DNA of 59,960 bases, the filler included. It is 5 parts of 5 records of this genome, joined end to end, with 100 filler letters (N's around TTAATTAATTAA, not from the genome) between each part and the next. Parts side by side here need not be neighbours in the genome. Positions count along the whole stretch, not along the records: positions 1 to 17,437 come from SRR2962707_2330; 4 more parts are not named here. One strand, 5' to 3'. A program made the translations under genes and the position numbers. Below the pieces are notes generated by a model. That model had not been told where the DNA came from. It saw nothing but the letters and a program-made list of their open reading frames with translations, and did no database searches. Below, piece by piece: positions 1 to 11,900 of this stretch (its first letter is position 1; the number at the start of each line of letters is the position of its first letter).

Positions 1-27
1 TGAGTGAGTGAATGAGTGAGTGAGTGA
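1..27. repeat. (TGAG)n microsatellite at the start of contig 1
   Basis: tgagtgagtgaatgagtgagtgagtga seen directly; the same repeat closes the contig at about 17390-17437. Confidence 0.85.
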
Positions 28-460
28 GGGCCGGAGGGAGTGCATGTGCGAGTGCATGTGCACAGCTCTCTCCTTCGTCAAACCGTATCCAACAACTTGA
101 AGCGCCCCAGCTCCAACACGTCCTCTGGCCACCACGTGCACACTCCCTTCAAGGCACACCGGCACATCCGAGCCAAAACAGCCTCTGAGTGGACGGACAC
201 CCACTCAAACAACCCACCCGCGCGCTCCCTGTGGGAGGAGGTGTCGAGTGAAAAACAGGTGCAGAGGTGAGCGTCGAAAGGCTGGACGTTCGATGTGGAC
301 AAAAGGTGAGCACTGAGGCGCTGCTGCTGGGAGGTTGGCAAAACGTGAAAGCATGCCCTGCTTCTTTTTTTTGCTTTGTTGGAACGTCTTCTCTCCTTGC
401 TATTTCATTTTTTTCTCCGTTTTTTTTTAACTGTCGAGGGTTTGCTTGCTTGCAGCCAGT

Positions 461-2729
461 ATGCTTCGCGCAGGCAGCGCCGGAGCGCCAGGCGGCTCGC
501 TGATACGGAATGTGCTTCGCGTTGCGAAAAGATTTTCAGCTATTATAAACACGCCACGCATGGCAAGTCAGCACAATCAATTGCACATGTCGGTACAGGC
601 CGCCCCCACACCCAGCGTAGGCATTCGGGGTGAATCGACTGCCGCACCAGCGTTATCGACTGCCTCACCAGCGTCGTCGAACTTCTCGACTGAGTCGAGC
701 ACTCGGCGAGAAAACGGCAAAGAAAAAGTTGTGATTCTTGGCAGCGGCTGGGCTGGATACGAAGTGGCCATGCACCTCGACCCGAAGCTGTTCGATGTCA
801 CGCTTGTTTCTCCTGCCAACCACAAGGTGTTTACACCCATGCTCCCTTCGTCAGCAACCGGTTACATGGACTTCCAAAGCATTTCAAACCCTGTGCGCAC
901 TCTAAAGGGCGTGCGTTATCAGCAAGCGAAAGCCCGCAACATTGACTTTGATGCTCGCGTGGTGACGTGTTCGGACGTATTCAAAAACCATGAGTTTGCT
1001 GTCCATTACGACAGGCTTGTGGTTGCCGTTGGGTGCAAGACCAACACATTCAACACACCCGGAGTCGCCGAGCGGGAGGGGGACTATGTGTTTTTCCTCA
1101 AACACTTGCGTCATGCAGCAATGATAAAGAATCGTATCATCGAGTGCTTTGAACGGGCGGACATTCCTGGCGTTAGCGACGCTGAAAAGCAACGTCTACT
1201 CAGCTTTGTCGTGGTTGGGGGGGGTCCAACGTCTTGTGAGTTTGCAGCAGACTTGCATGACTTTGTGCAGAACGACATCTCAAAAGTGTACTCAGACTTG
1301 ATGCCGCACTTTTCACTCAGCGTGGTGCGTTTGTTTTCGCCAATTGCGCACGAGTATTTCATTTTTCAGAGGCCCCATCCAAAAGTTGCTTTGTTCACTC
1401 GTTCCCAACTTTTCCAGGTGGAAGCCTCGGACCATATCCTTGGCAGCTTCGACATCGCGTTGCAATCCTATGCTCTGGATCTGTTGACGAAGCGTAAAAT
1501 CAATCTTCGGCTAAAGAACGCTGTCACTGAGGTGTGAACAATTGTTTTCAGTCGAAACCTCAATTGGATCTTGGCATTGCTGTTGTTTTCGAGCAAACAT
1601 TCCTCCGTCATGCTGAATACTCTTGAAAATGCTCTGGGTAGATTTTGCGCACGCCTTACCCCTGTCGCGTCATGTCTAGGTTGTCGTAGAATCAAGAGAA
1701 GATCAGCTGAAAAACGGGCACCACAGTCCATTTGTGACGGCTCGGCTTTCTTCCGGTGACTCGCTTCCTGTAGGTTGCATGGTGTGGTCTGCCGGCCTCG
1801 CGCCTGTGAAACTTATAGAAGCACTGGATTCTCTTGAGCGCCACCCAAACGGTCGTCTAAAAATTGATGAGAGGCTGCAAGTCAGGGTTCGTGCCGCTGC
1901 TTGCGAAGATCACTGCTGCTGACAACGGTTTCAGGGCAAATGTTTAGTCGTGTTACGCGCCATCTGACAACGATAATGCTTTTGACTGTTTTTCAGGGCC
2001 ATGAAGGGCGTGTATGGGCCATTGGGGATTGTGCCATGAGTAGTCTAAAAGGTCTGCCTCCGATTGCACCGGCAGCGTTACAACAAGGAGCATTCATTGC
2101 CGACTTTTTCAATGCTGTGCGTATTCAGCCAGTTCGTTTTGGGTTTTGGAGGGTTGTTGGTATTTTAGCTTTCTAATTGTCAACGGCATGCTTCCTCTTA
2201 GGCTGCCAAATCTCGGGATAATCGCAACCCATCCGACCACGCCAAAGGAGAATTTGAACTTTTTGGAATGGGCTCAATGGCCAATCTCGGAATTGGACAG
2301 GTTCGGAGAAGTGTATCTGCCTGCGGAACGTCGTCGGTTTTCTGGCTGGAGTAGCATTGCGGATCTAACTCACCTGACCTTTGCCTGGTGCACCAGGGTA
2401 TTTACGATGCGAGTAGTGCTGACCCAAAGCTGCGCAAGTTCTTTGAAACCATTTCTGGTGGTTCGACTGTGATATCGGGTCCATTGGCTTGGCTGATGTG
2501 GAAAGGCGGGTACTGGATCTTGCGCCAGGTGAGGCCAATTTGTTTCTTTCCTCAATTGATTGACACCTAAATTGACGAAAGGTGCTGTGCCAATTGCATC
2601 TACATCGATCTGCCGTCAATAATGCGCGCGGTTTGTGGTCCACAGGTCCAATGGCGTAATCGCGTGCTCATACCCATGCAGTGGTTCAAGACGTGGGTTT
2701 TTGGGCGAGATATGACGCGCTTCTTCTGA
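461..2729 (+). CDS. Type II (alternative, rotenone-insensitive) NADH:quinone oxidoreductase, NDH-2, probably mitochondrial; 7 exons, about 539 aa
   Basis: Hand-spliced exons: 461-1324, 1418-1531, 1680-1886, 1997-2116, 2202-2300, 2397-2528, 2646-2729, all with GT-AG introns. The spliced product has the FAD motif VVILGSGWAG, FTPMLPS, the NAD motif VVVGGGPT, WSAG, AIGDCA, GSMANLG, AWLMWKGGYW and the C-terminal WRNRVLIPMQWFKTWVFGRD typical of eukaryotic NDH-2. The Arg/Ser/Ala-rich N-terminus resembles a mitochondrial presequence. Confidence 0.9.
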
Positions 2730-2959
2730 AGCCGAACCTTTCATTTTTTTCGATCACGTCCACATGGTCGATGCCCAATGCAGTGCTCGTACATTCTTTT
2801 CGGGGCCAGTAACGCGCTAGAGCGTAGCTGCATCAGCAAAAAAACATGACCAGCCTCACCACAGAAGCAAGGAATAAGAGGAAATAAAATAAGGTTACTT
2901 GGAAAGATAACAAATGGCTGGTTCTCATCACAGTACGTCGCCAGACGCCGCCTAAAGAA

Positions 2960-5900
2960 TTATGTTGCCAGGGACAACAGGAGAGCAGTGCCACGCTTGG
3001 TCCAGAAAGTGGCGTCTTTGCTTCCACTCTTTAGGTCCACTTCGGTCATGAAACTTGGGCGCTCACGCGTACCAGTCCGAATGGGGTACAGGTAGAGCGG
3101 ACAGACATACATTCCCTTGGTGCGTTTCTTGCCTTCGATCGGCTTGAAGTGCACAATCGGCATAGGGCTATTCAACTGCATGGGGTTGGCGTCAGTCAAA
3201 CAAGCCGAATCTAACTCCCAACGAGCGCCCTCGAGGAACATGCCATGGACGTATGTACCCTCTTCAGGAGCAGCACTCAAAGCTTCGACGTCACCATGGG
3301 GCAGCACCGGGAATTCCCACGACAGGGTGTCGATGGCGATTCCATTTTTTCGGCTGGACGTTTGCAACAGCGCAGTGAGCATGCCAGTCGGGTACGTTAA
3401 TCCCGAGAGCCACAACGAAATCGGGAATCCCTTCTCAATCCAGCGGTCCATTTGGGCGATACGCACCAGGAGCTCGTCCACCCACGGCGCAAGACCCTTC
3501 ATTGAGGGGTAGCAGAAGCCCCATGCAGAGGGCACTCGTCCAAGCAGCAACGACATGAAAATTTCTTCAAGCTCGGCCGTGATGACCACAAGACCTTGCA
3601 CACCAAGCTCCAAAAGTGTGAGAGTGCGCTTGAGGGCTCGAAGAAGCCCATTGTAGCGATCCACTTCTTGACGGCACACTGACTTCAGTGGCGCCGGGTC
3701 CGGCGAGGACGCCAAGCTCGAGGCAACCTTTGCAGTGTCAAACGGTTCAGGAAACTTGCCGAGGAGATCGCGCACGAGATCCAACACTTTTTCTTCGTTG
3801 GACGGACCACCATCACCCTTGGCAGTCAGGGGCTGCAAATCCACGATGGTCTGTAGCAGGGTGTTCGCGTCGTCGATTTGAGATGAGATGTCCGCATTGG
3901 GGTGCTGTCCAAATGCGTCCGGTTTGTCCACACCGGGCAACTCAGAAATGACATTCTTGTACGAGTCAAGCGAACCGTCCGAAGGAATGAAGTAGGATGT
4001 GAGGGATGACAATTGGTATCGCGGGACTTCGATCACCTCATCACAGTAGAACTCATTGATATACACGTTGACAAGCCGGCGGTCCCACGAGTCGGTGACA
4101 CGCCCACCATAGTTGGCCTCAGCGGTAAGATAGCGGAGGGCTTCCCAAGGAGTCTTGTCGGGAAAATCGTCCAAGTACAAAGCGAGGAGATCTTCGCAGA
4201 TGAGGAAGTCGGAGTCGTTAAAGTCGTAGGGGATGTTGAATCCAAGGGTTTTGAATTTGCGGCGTTCAAGCAAGATGGCATGGAACCAGCACAACGAAAA
4301 GCGCAACTTCTTGAACTTGGAGAGTTCCGACGGCGCGTTAAACTTGTCGTCGTTCGTGAGGTTGTACAAACGTAAAAGGTTGGCGCGGAGCCCACGGGGC
4401 GGCTCTGTTGTCATTTTGATACCGTTTTGCAGGATTGAGATAGGGAATTTGGGCGTGGGGTTGGACGAAAGCCACAACCGAAAATTGGCGTGCGGGTTCC
4501 GAGCCGGCATGCCAAGAATGATTTTTTCAAGCTCGCCCAGCCACGAAAGCATAAGGTGGCAATTCGCCAGGAACACAAAGTTACCATCTGCCACTCCATC
4601 ATCGATCTGCTTGATGGCATTTGGTGCTTGACCTTGGCCGAGTGCGACTGTTGTGCACTTCACGCCGAGCTTCTCGCCTAGGCCAAATACCTGGGCAGTG
4701 GGATCGACTCCTGGCGAAAGCACGAAAACGAGAGGGATGAGGTTGTTGCTGGACTTGTAGATTGCCATGAGGTCAAAAGGCGGCGGTTCCACAAATTTTT
4801 CTCCGTCCTCCATGTTGTTGGAGACAAACTTGGCAGCAGCAAATCCCACACGATCGATTCGCAGCGAGCGCAAAATGCACATGCGTTGAAATTCGTTGAG
4901 CTTATTCTGCCACTCGCCTGGCAGTGGGCTTTCTTCAGGGCACTCCTGTAGATACCACTCTTGCCAGTCACGAGGAAATTGGTCGAACGATGATGCCACG
5001 CCGCGGAAGGCCTCCAACTGATCAAGGACAGTGATGTTGTCCCAGTTGTTGGGAAGAAGCCAGTCCTCGCAAGGATTTTCCTTCTGCTCGTCGCGGTCTA
5101 CATTGAGGGCCCCTTTGAGGAAAAAGTCGAACTCGGCCGGCGGCAGCTTGCCATTCGCTTGCAGGATTTTTGTGCAAATGTTGAACGAGAGCAGAAGTTT
5201 GTGCTTCTCGAACAGCCCCAAGCACGTCTGTTTGTACACGGCGTAGGTATGATAGTTGTTGACTGCCTCAATGCGCTTGGAGATGTCCGTCTGGCTTCCG
5301 CCCCCTTTGGAGCGAGAGTTGGCGATGGATTGTGAGAACAGTTCTGCGTATGCGGACAGTGAGAACTGGTACATAGGATCTACACGTGCCAGATCATTGA
5401 GAATGAAATACAAAATTGCTGCTCGGATCGAGATAGGTTTGTACCCTGAGCGCGCCTCATCGATCTTTTTCTCTGTCACCTCTGCCACCTTCAACTTCTT
5501 GGTCACAGCCGTGGATGTTTCCTTCGACTCCTGCAAGGTGACGACAAGGTTCTCGTCCTCTAGCAGCGAGCCCTCCGTCTCTGACAGCATTTTCAAAATG
5601 AGATCTTCCAACTCAATAATCTTGCGCTTGCCGTTGGCAACCTCTACAACAAGCTTGCTCTTCTGCACCTCCAGTGCTGGCTCTTCCTTCTGCACAACAA
5701 GCCCCAACAGCTGAGCCTCCAGACCCTCTTCTTTCACCGAAAAGTTCACAATCGTGGTTTTCGTTGAAATTTCTGGAGGGTAGTGTGGGTTTGCCAATTT
5801 AGTGGTGAGGTACATGCGGAAGTCCCTGGACCAATCAAGATCCTTGTCACCAAGCCGAATGATCTCTCGGTTGCCCTGCTTCAGCAACGACTTGTTCAAC

Positions 5901-8900
5901 ACTGGGGCAATGGAAGGGTCCAGCTCTTCCTCGACATCCTGAAGCAAGTACGGGGCGCCGAACGTAATGGCGTTTTCAAGCTGCCGTAGGAAATCCTTGG
6001 CTGCAAAGTCGGTAATCTTGAGTTGCTTGCCTTCCATTTTCTTGATCCATTTGTTGGCCTGTGCCTGTGGGTCGATCATGAGCGGCCAGCGCTCGCATTG
6101 AGTGACGATTACACCATTTTCGGTTGAGTAGCCGTCAACAGGAAGACCTTGAATGTTCCAATCCCGTACATCAGTCGGGTTTGACAAAAAGCCAGCGAAT
6201 GTGAAGTCCTTCGAGTACGCACACTGCGACTCGTCGACTGCCTTGAACCAGATTTTGAGCAGCTCCGCTCGGTACTGCGTGTCAAACGGCCCAAGGTAAG
6301 ATCGCGAGCCAGAGGCCAAGAGCGCATCGCCCAAAGTGTTAGCAATGCCCTGGCGGTACGTGCCGACTGACTCCGACCATCGCACTTTTTCGCCGGCCAG
6401 GCCCTTGACTAGATTGTCAGCCCGCGTTAACTTCTGCTCGAGCATGACTGCCTCGGCCTTCAGCGCCTCCTTTTCATCACTGGACGCCTGGTATTGGTCA
6501 TTGAGTTTTTGTAATTGGGCCATAAGCTTGGTCAACTTTGTCTGCGCTTCTTCCAGTGATGCCTGTTTGATCGCCAGGGCATCCTGGGCCTTTTTCAAAG
6601 CCGCACGCTTGGGTGCCACCTCTTTCGACACGTTCGCGTAGAGATTGATGGCGTGCACCCACACACACAATGCACCGGCAGCGGCAGACACTTTGCGCAC
6701 AGCCTCGGCCTGAAATTGCGGGTTGCGGATGTACTTCTGCAGCTTACCCAGAGTTTTAGCAGCAACATTGTCTTTGTCATATGTTTTGACTTGGACCAGG
6801 AAGTTGCTTTCGCCGATCTTTTTCTTGGCACTGGCCCAATCTGTCTTGGTGTTGAACAAAAGCATCACTGCCTCCAAGCACAATTGGACGAGTGGAGGAG
6901 GTGAGGTGTACGCTTTGACTTCTGAGATTGAACTCTTGTCGAGTTTGTCAACTTCAAGCATTGCCTGCTCCAGCGCCGGCAGGGCAACGGCAAGGTCACG
7001 CTGAGCGTCATCGGAGATTGCCTTGCACTCCGATGCCTCCTTGTTGATGCGCTGCTCGTCGGCTTCGACTTGCAGCTTCTGCTCGTCAGCGACTCGCTTT
7101 TCAGACATGATATCCACCACCATTTTTTCGCACTCTTTCTGCTTTTGATTCACGAATTCTTGCTTTTTCGCCAAATCCACCGACATTGTTTCCACTTGCT
7201 CGCGACCCTCATCCAGTTTAGCAACACCATCGCTTAGCTTCTTTAGTTGAGCGCCCATCTGCACTCTTTTTGCGTTGAGGATGCCAGAATAACCCTTGAC
7301 AAGCTCAAGATAGTGTGTCGGTGTTACGTAATTGTGACGTTTGTGTTCGGCGAGCATCTTGTCTGACGCCTTTTCCACCGACTGGTGCACGACGGCAAAG
7401 ATTCGTGCAAGCTTTCCGGCCACTTCTGGCCCACCAAGCTCTACCCCCTCCAGAAACTTGAGCGCCACTTCCGCAAGCGCTTCAGCCGGCCAGCCGTGGA
7501 ACCACAAAATAGTTGTGCAGTTGACGAGGCCAGGGAACATACGGCAGCGGTTTCGGAACGCATCACCGACGGGCGACATGCACACAACAACGTGGAGGTT
7601 CTTGCGCACGCGGTTGATAAAGAAGTCCCACAATTCGCTGGGTGTAATAAAGCCTTGTTGTTTAGCGGCTTCTCGCACCCCATCATAGACCGGCGGCAGG
7701 TCTTCCTCACCGAACAGATTGGGCACCTCGCCAGATGCCAAAATGTTGTTGATATCCTCCAAGAAGGATTCCTCTTTGACTTGTGTATCATTGAACAGGA
7801 AAGTGGTTGGCTTGTTTTCAACACCACAAATCGTGAAGAGGCGCCGAATGTCATCGTGAAACTCAACGGCTGAGTAGCGTTTGGTGATCTCGATGGTAAA
7901 CACAGAATATCCAGCCTGGAACGATGCCAGCTTCGTCAACGACTGTCGTCCAGAACCACCAACGCCCACCAGCATGAAATTTCCACGTGGCTGAGATAGG
8001 ACGCGGGAAATTTTGCAAATGATACGGATAGCCATATCGAAGAGCACGAGGTCCATCGGCACGTAGCCTGGCTCAACGTTGTAGTCATCCAACACCTCTT
8101 CGACGTGGTGCTTGAGGTTCTGGTAGTCGGCTCCTGCCACTTCCTCGTAAAGCTGCTTGCCAGTATTGGCGTCAGGTTCGGCCATAAAGTTTGTGAAGAT
8201 TGGGCCGGCACTGGGGGCCTTGCAATCCTGCATCACGTTGTCCCAGCTCATGCCAAAGCCCTCCGCAAGGGCATTGTCGACCAGACTGCGGAAATTGTCT
8301 TGGTCTTCATGTGTGGCCAAGCGGTCAGAAAAGACGCAAAGCAGTTCGTGCGCCCACAACCGCATGATAGACTCAGCGGTGAGAAAGCTGTGTCGATCGG
8401 ACATGCGGATGCCCTGGACAACCTTCGCAATGTCCCGCATGTTGAAAAGGTAGTGACACTTCTTTGGCGTGGGCAGGAATTTTTTCACAACAGCCTTGTA
8501 CAGGGTGAGTGTTGCAGTGGCAATCCCCTTGCCCATGGGCTTGATTTCGTCGTCGAAGTCGGCAAAATGGAGCGACAGGAGCGTCTCAAAGATGCGCACC
8601 ACCTCGGCATCGGCCGGGAACGTAAAATTGAGCATGTTAAAACGCGACTGTGTACGCTCTGAAATTTGTGACCGGCCTCCGCCCGGGGGGCCCATCGCCG
8701 CGACAAGCTGCATGTCCAAAATGAGCTGCCACGTGCATTTCTTGCGGTCATACCAGCCACCATAGTCCATCCATTGACGCATAAGTTCAAGTGCTCCTTG
8801 AGAGCCGAAAGTGTCTTTTGTAGGCATGTTCAAATCGTCCACAAATGTGACAAGGAGTTTGCCGCCGGGCGGGCCGAACTTGCCTTTCGCACGCTTCTCC

Positions 8901-11900
8901 ATGTTGCCCTCAATAACATCTTGCGTAATCCCCGCAGTGGTAGCAGCGGAAAAAAACATTGTCAAGGTTGCGTACTTGTCCGGCAAACCCAACAAACACT
9001 GGTTGGTGATGACACTCTTTCCCGTGCCTGTATTGCCCACCATAAGCGCTGGGATTTTGTGCTCTAGCAAGCGAGTGATGATTGAGCTGTTGCGGACCGT
9101 GTCAAGAGTGGGCACGATCATGTCGAAAAATTGGGCATCTCTCGCCGGACGCCAGTTCTTGGGAATGACATCAGCCCACGGGCGGAAGTCACGTGTCTTG
9201 TCATCGAAGAAATAGTCGTAGATTGTGTCCGAAGGCGGGAACTGAGCCTCAATCTCACGGATCTTGACGTCAAATTTTTTCCGGCCACCCGCGGTTGCGG
9301 ATGCACCAAGTGTCCAAACCAGGCAGAACGAAAAGATCTTCTCTGCCGTGGAGAAATAAGTTTCCTTGTTCTCCTCCCAGTCAAGCCCGTACTGTGACGT
9401 GTTGAATGTGTCGTAAAGGCGGCAGAGAGAGTGCACTGCTGAGTTTGGGTTCTGTGGCACCAGCTCCTTTACTGAGCTCTCGATAAACTCAAGAAGTTGC
9501 GCCACATATTTATCGAACAGCCCGGTGTAGAAATCAACAAGCTCTTTGACTTCTCCCCAATTGCGAGCAATCCACGAATACGTAAATGGCCGCCAACCCA
9601 GATCCTCAACATCCAGGTACACCATTCCAGCACGGGACACAGTGGCCGGCGATGCTACATCAAGCGTAAGCACCTCAAACAAGAGGGACATTTCGTTTGA
9701 CATAGAAATACGTTCGCCATTAATCAGTGTAAGAGTCTTGTTGTCGTCCATCACTGTGTTCATGGACTCGATCCACAGTGTGTCGACCGGCCCATCAAGC
9801 ATAATCCACTTTTCGTCCTTCTTTTCATCCTGTGCGCATCTGCGGAATATGGTCGAGAGCGTACCGTCCGACCACTCCATTGTGGCAAGGTCATATGTAC
9901 CGTACAACTCGTTCATTGTAATACCCTTGGGATTGAGGACGAACACTTGCACATTAACGTAGCCGCGCGCCTTGTGGACTTTGCATAGCGTCGTCTTCGC
10001 AGCTTGCAACGTCTTCCAGGCCGTCGACTTGCCGGCTTGCGTTGATCCCACGAGCATGTTACAGTGGCGCATGCCTTTCGATTCGTACAATTGAATGGTT
10101 TTGTTGATGGTGAACGGATGTTTGAGCAAACCTTGGGCATCCAGCTCGTCCTCGATTGCCTTTTGGAGGATGCCGTAGTCAGGTTGTGGCAGTTCCAGCC
10201 CCGGAAAGAGGTCGCCCAAGAGCAGCAAAAAGAGTTTGTAATCAGCCTTGATGAACTTCGGGACATTCATATCCTTTAGAGCACGGAGCACGATCAAATC
10301 TTCGCTCATGTCGGGGTCAGCGCGCTTCAAAGCGCCAGCAGCTCCAAGCACTGCCTTCAGCGATCGCATACCGTAGTCATAGTGCGATTGCTTGGACAGC
10401 TGGTCGATCATCAACTCGTACAGAGTCACGGACTTCTTCCCAAGAACGCGGGCATCTCGGAAACCTTCAGCCATGAGCATGACCTCGGCAATCTGCCCAA
10501 GGTCGGGAACCATCATGGCTACAGGACGCATCAGTGACTTGAGGTTGTCGGGCAGCTCGGTACGGCCAGCGTATCCAGGGTTCATCGTGACAAAAATACC
10601 ACAAGACCAGCGACAGCGGATTTTGATTCCCTCAAACATGAATTCTGTCTTGCGTTGAGAAATGGCGTTCATGATGGACAGAATTTGCGATGCGACAACT
10701 GAAAGCACCTCAATCTCAATGCGGTTGAACTCGTCAAAACATCCCCAGCCACCTGATTGCACGAGGCCAGAGAACATGCGTCCAACAGACTTGAAGTCAA
10801 GACCATCTGAGCAATTGAATACCACAACATACTTTGCGAGGTTCTTGCCCAAGTCCTTTACTGTCTCCGTCTTGCCTGTACCAGCAGGGCCAAGTGGATT
10901 GCCACCACGCTGCAGGTGAAGAGCCGTTGTCAGCGTGAGGACACATCGATCTGTCAGCGGTGTCACCACCAAACGACCATTGTTGCCTTGATACTCGTAG
11001 CCGAATTCAAGCTCAGTCGATGTTTGCTTCACGCGGCAACGCCCAAAGCCGTCGTCGCCTTCGTCTTTCATGAAGTAGAAACGTTGCTGTGAGAGCCATA
11101 CGAAGTCGTCTGCTGACTTGGCATTTTGCTTGATCATACGTTCCATAACATCGCGGGAATGGATCTCCATCGTAATGAGCGCCACCAGCTTCTTCCGCTC
11201 GACACGGGTGAGCTTGCCACGAACAAAGTCCGACAACTCGGCGAGATACTTTACCTGCTTGCGCTTAAGTTTCTTGATGGCCTTCTTATTGCCTTTGGCC
11301 ACGCTTTCACAAGCACGTGTGCAAGCCGATGTCCACATGATCTTGCCGGCCAAAATGAGATGCTGCCCGGGCCAGTCTTTTACCCAGCGCTCTTTCTGGG
11401 CTCGGTTGCTCTTTGGGTATGCTTTCAGAGTCTCGCGCAGGAGCTTCTGAAGGCATGCAATCATGTGCTTCTCCACCTCAATCAACCAGAGTTCAACGGC
11501 ACCTTGGACGATGACGTTTGTGTTGAAGGACACCTTTTCGCCATCTGGCGAGTCCATGCCAGCCGCCTCCATTGTCTTGTTTCCCTGCTTGCCTGGTGGA
11601 ATCATTTGCAGAGCCTTAATGGCTTCGAAACACTTTTTGATATGCTTCTGAACTTGGCCAGGGTCTTTTTGCTGGCCGAGAATCTCCAACAAGTCATCAT
11701 TGGAGAGGAAATAGAAGCGCGGAAAGAGCTGGCGTTTGGTCTCTAAATACTGGTCGAGACTCTTCTGAATGCGTTCAAGATCATCGTTGGTGCTGTTCAG
11801 CGTGTCGAGCATGCCCTCTTTCTGCGTCGCAACGACAGCGTTAGGCTGGTCGAACACCCCGCCCATGATAGCAATCCAGTTATCGTTGACGCCATCAAAC

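Noticed and set aside
1-27. (TGAG)n as a telomere
   Set aside because: It does not match a TTAGGG/TTTAGGG-type repeat, is degenerate, and has the same orientation at both contig ends; better explained as a microsatellite breaking the assembly.
446-2570. NDH-2 as a frameshifted pseudogene, or several small genes
   Set aside because: Every break is explained by a GT-AG intron that restores conserved motifs in frame.
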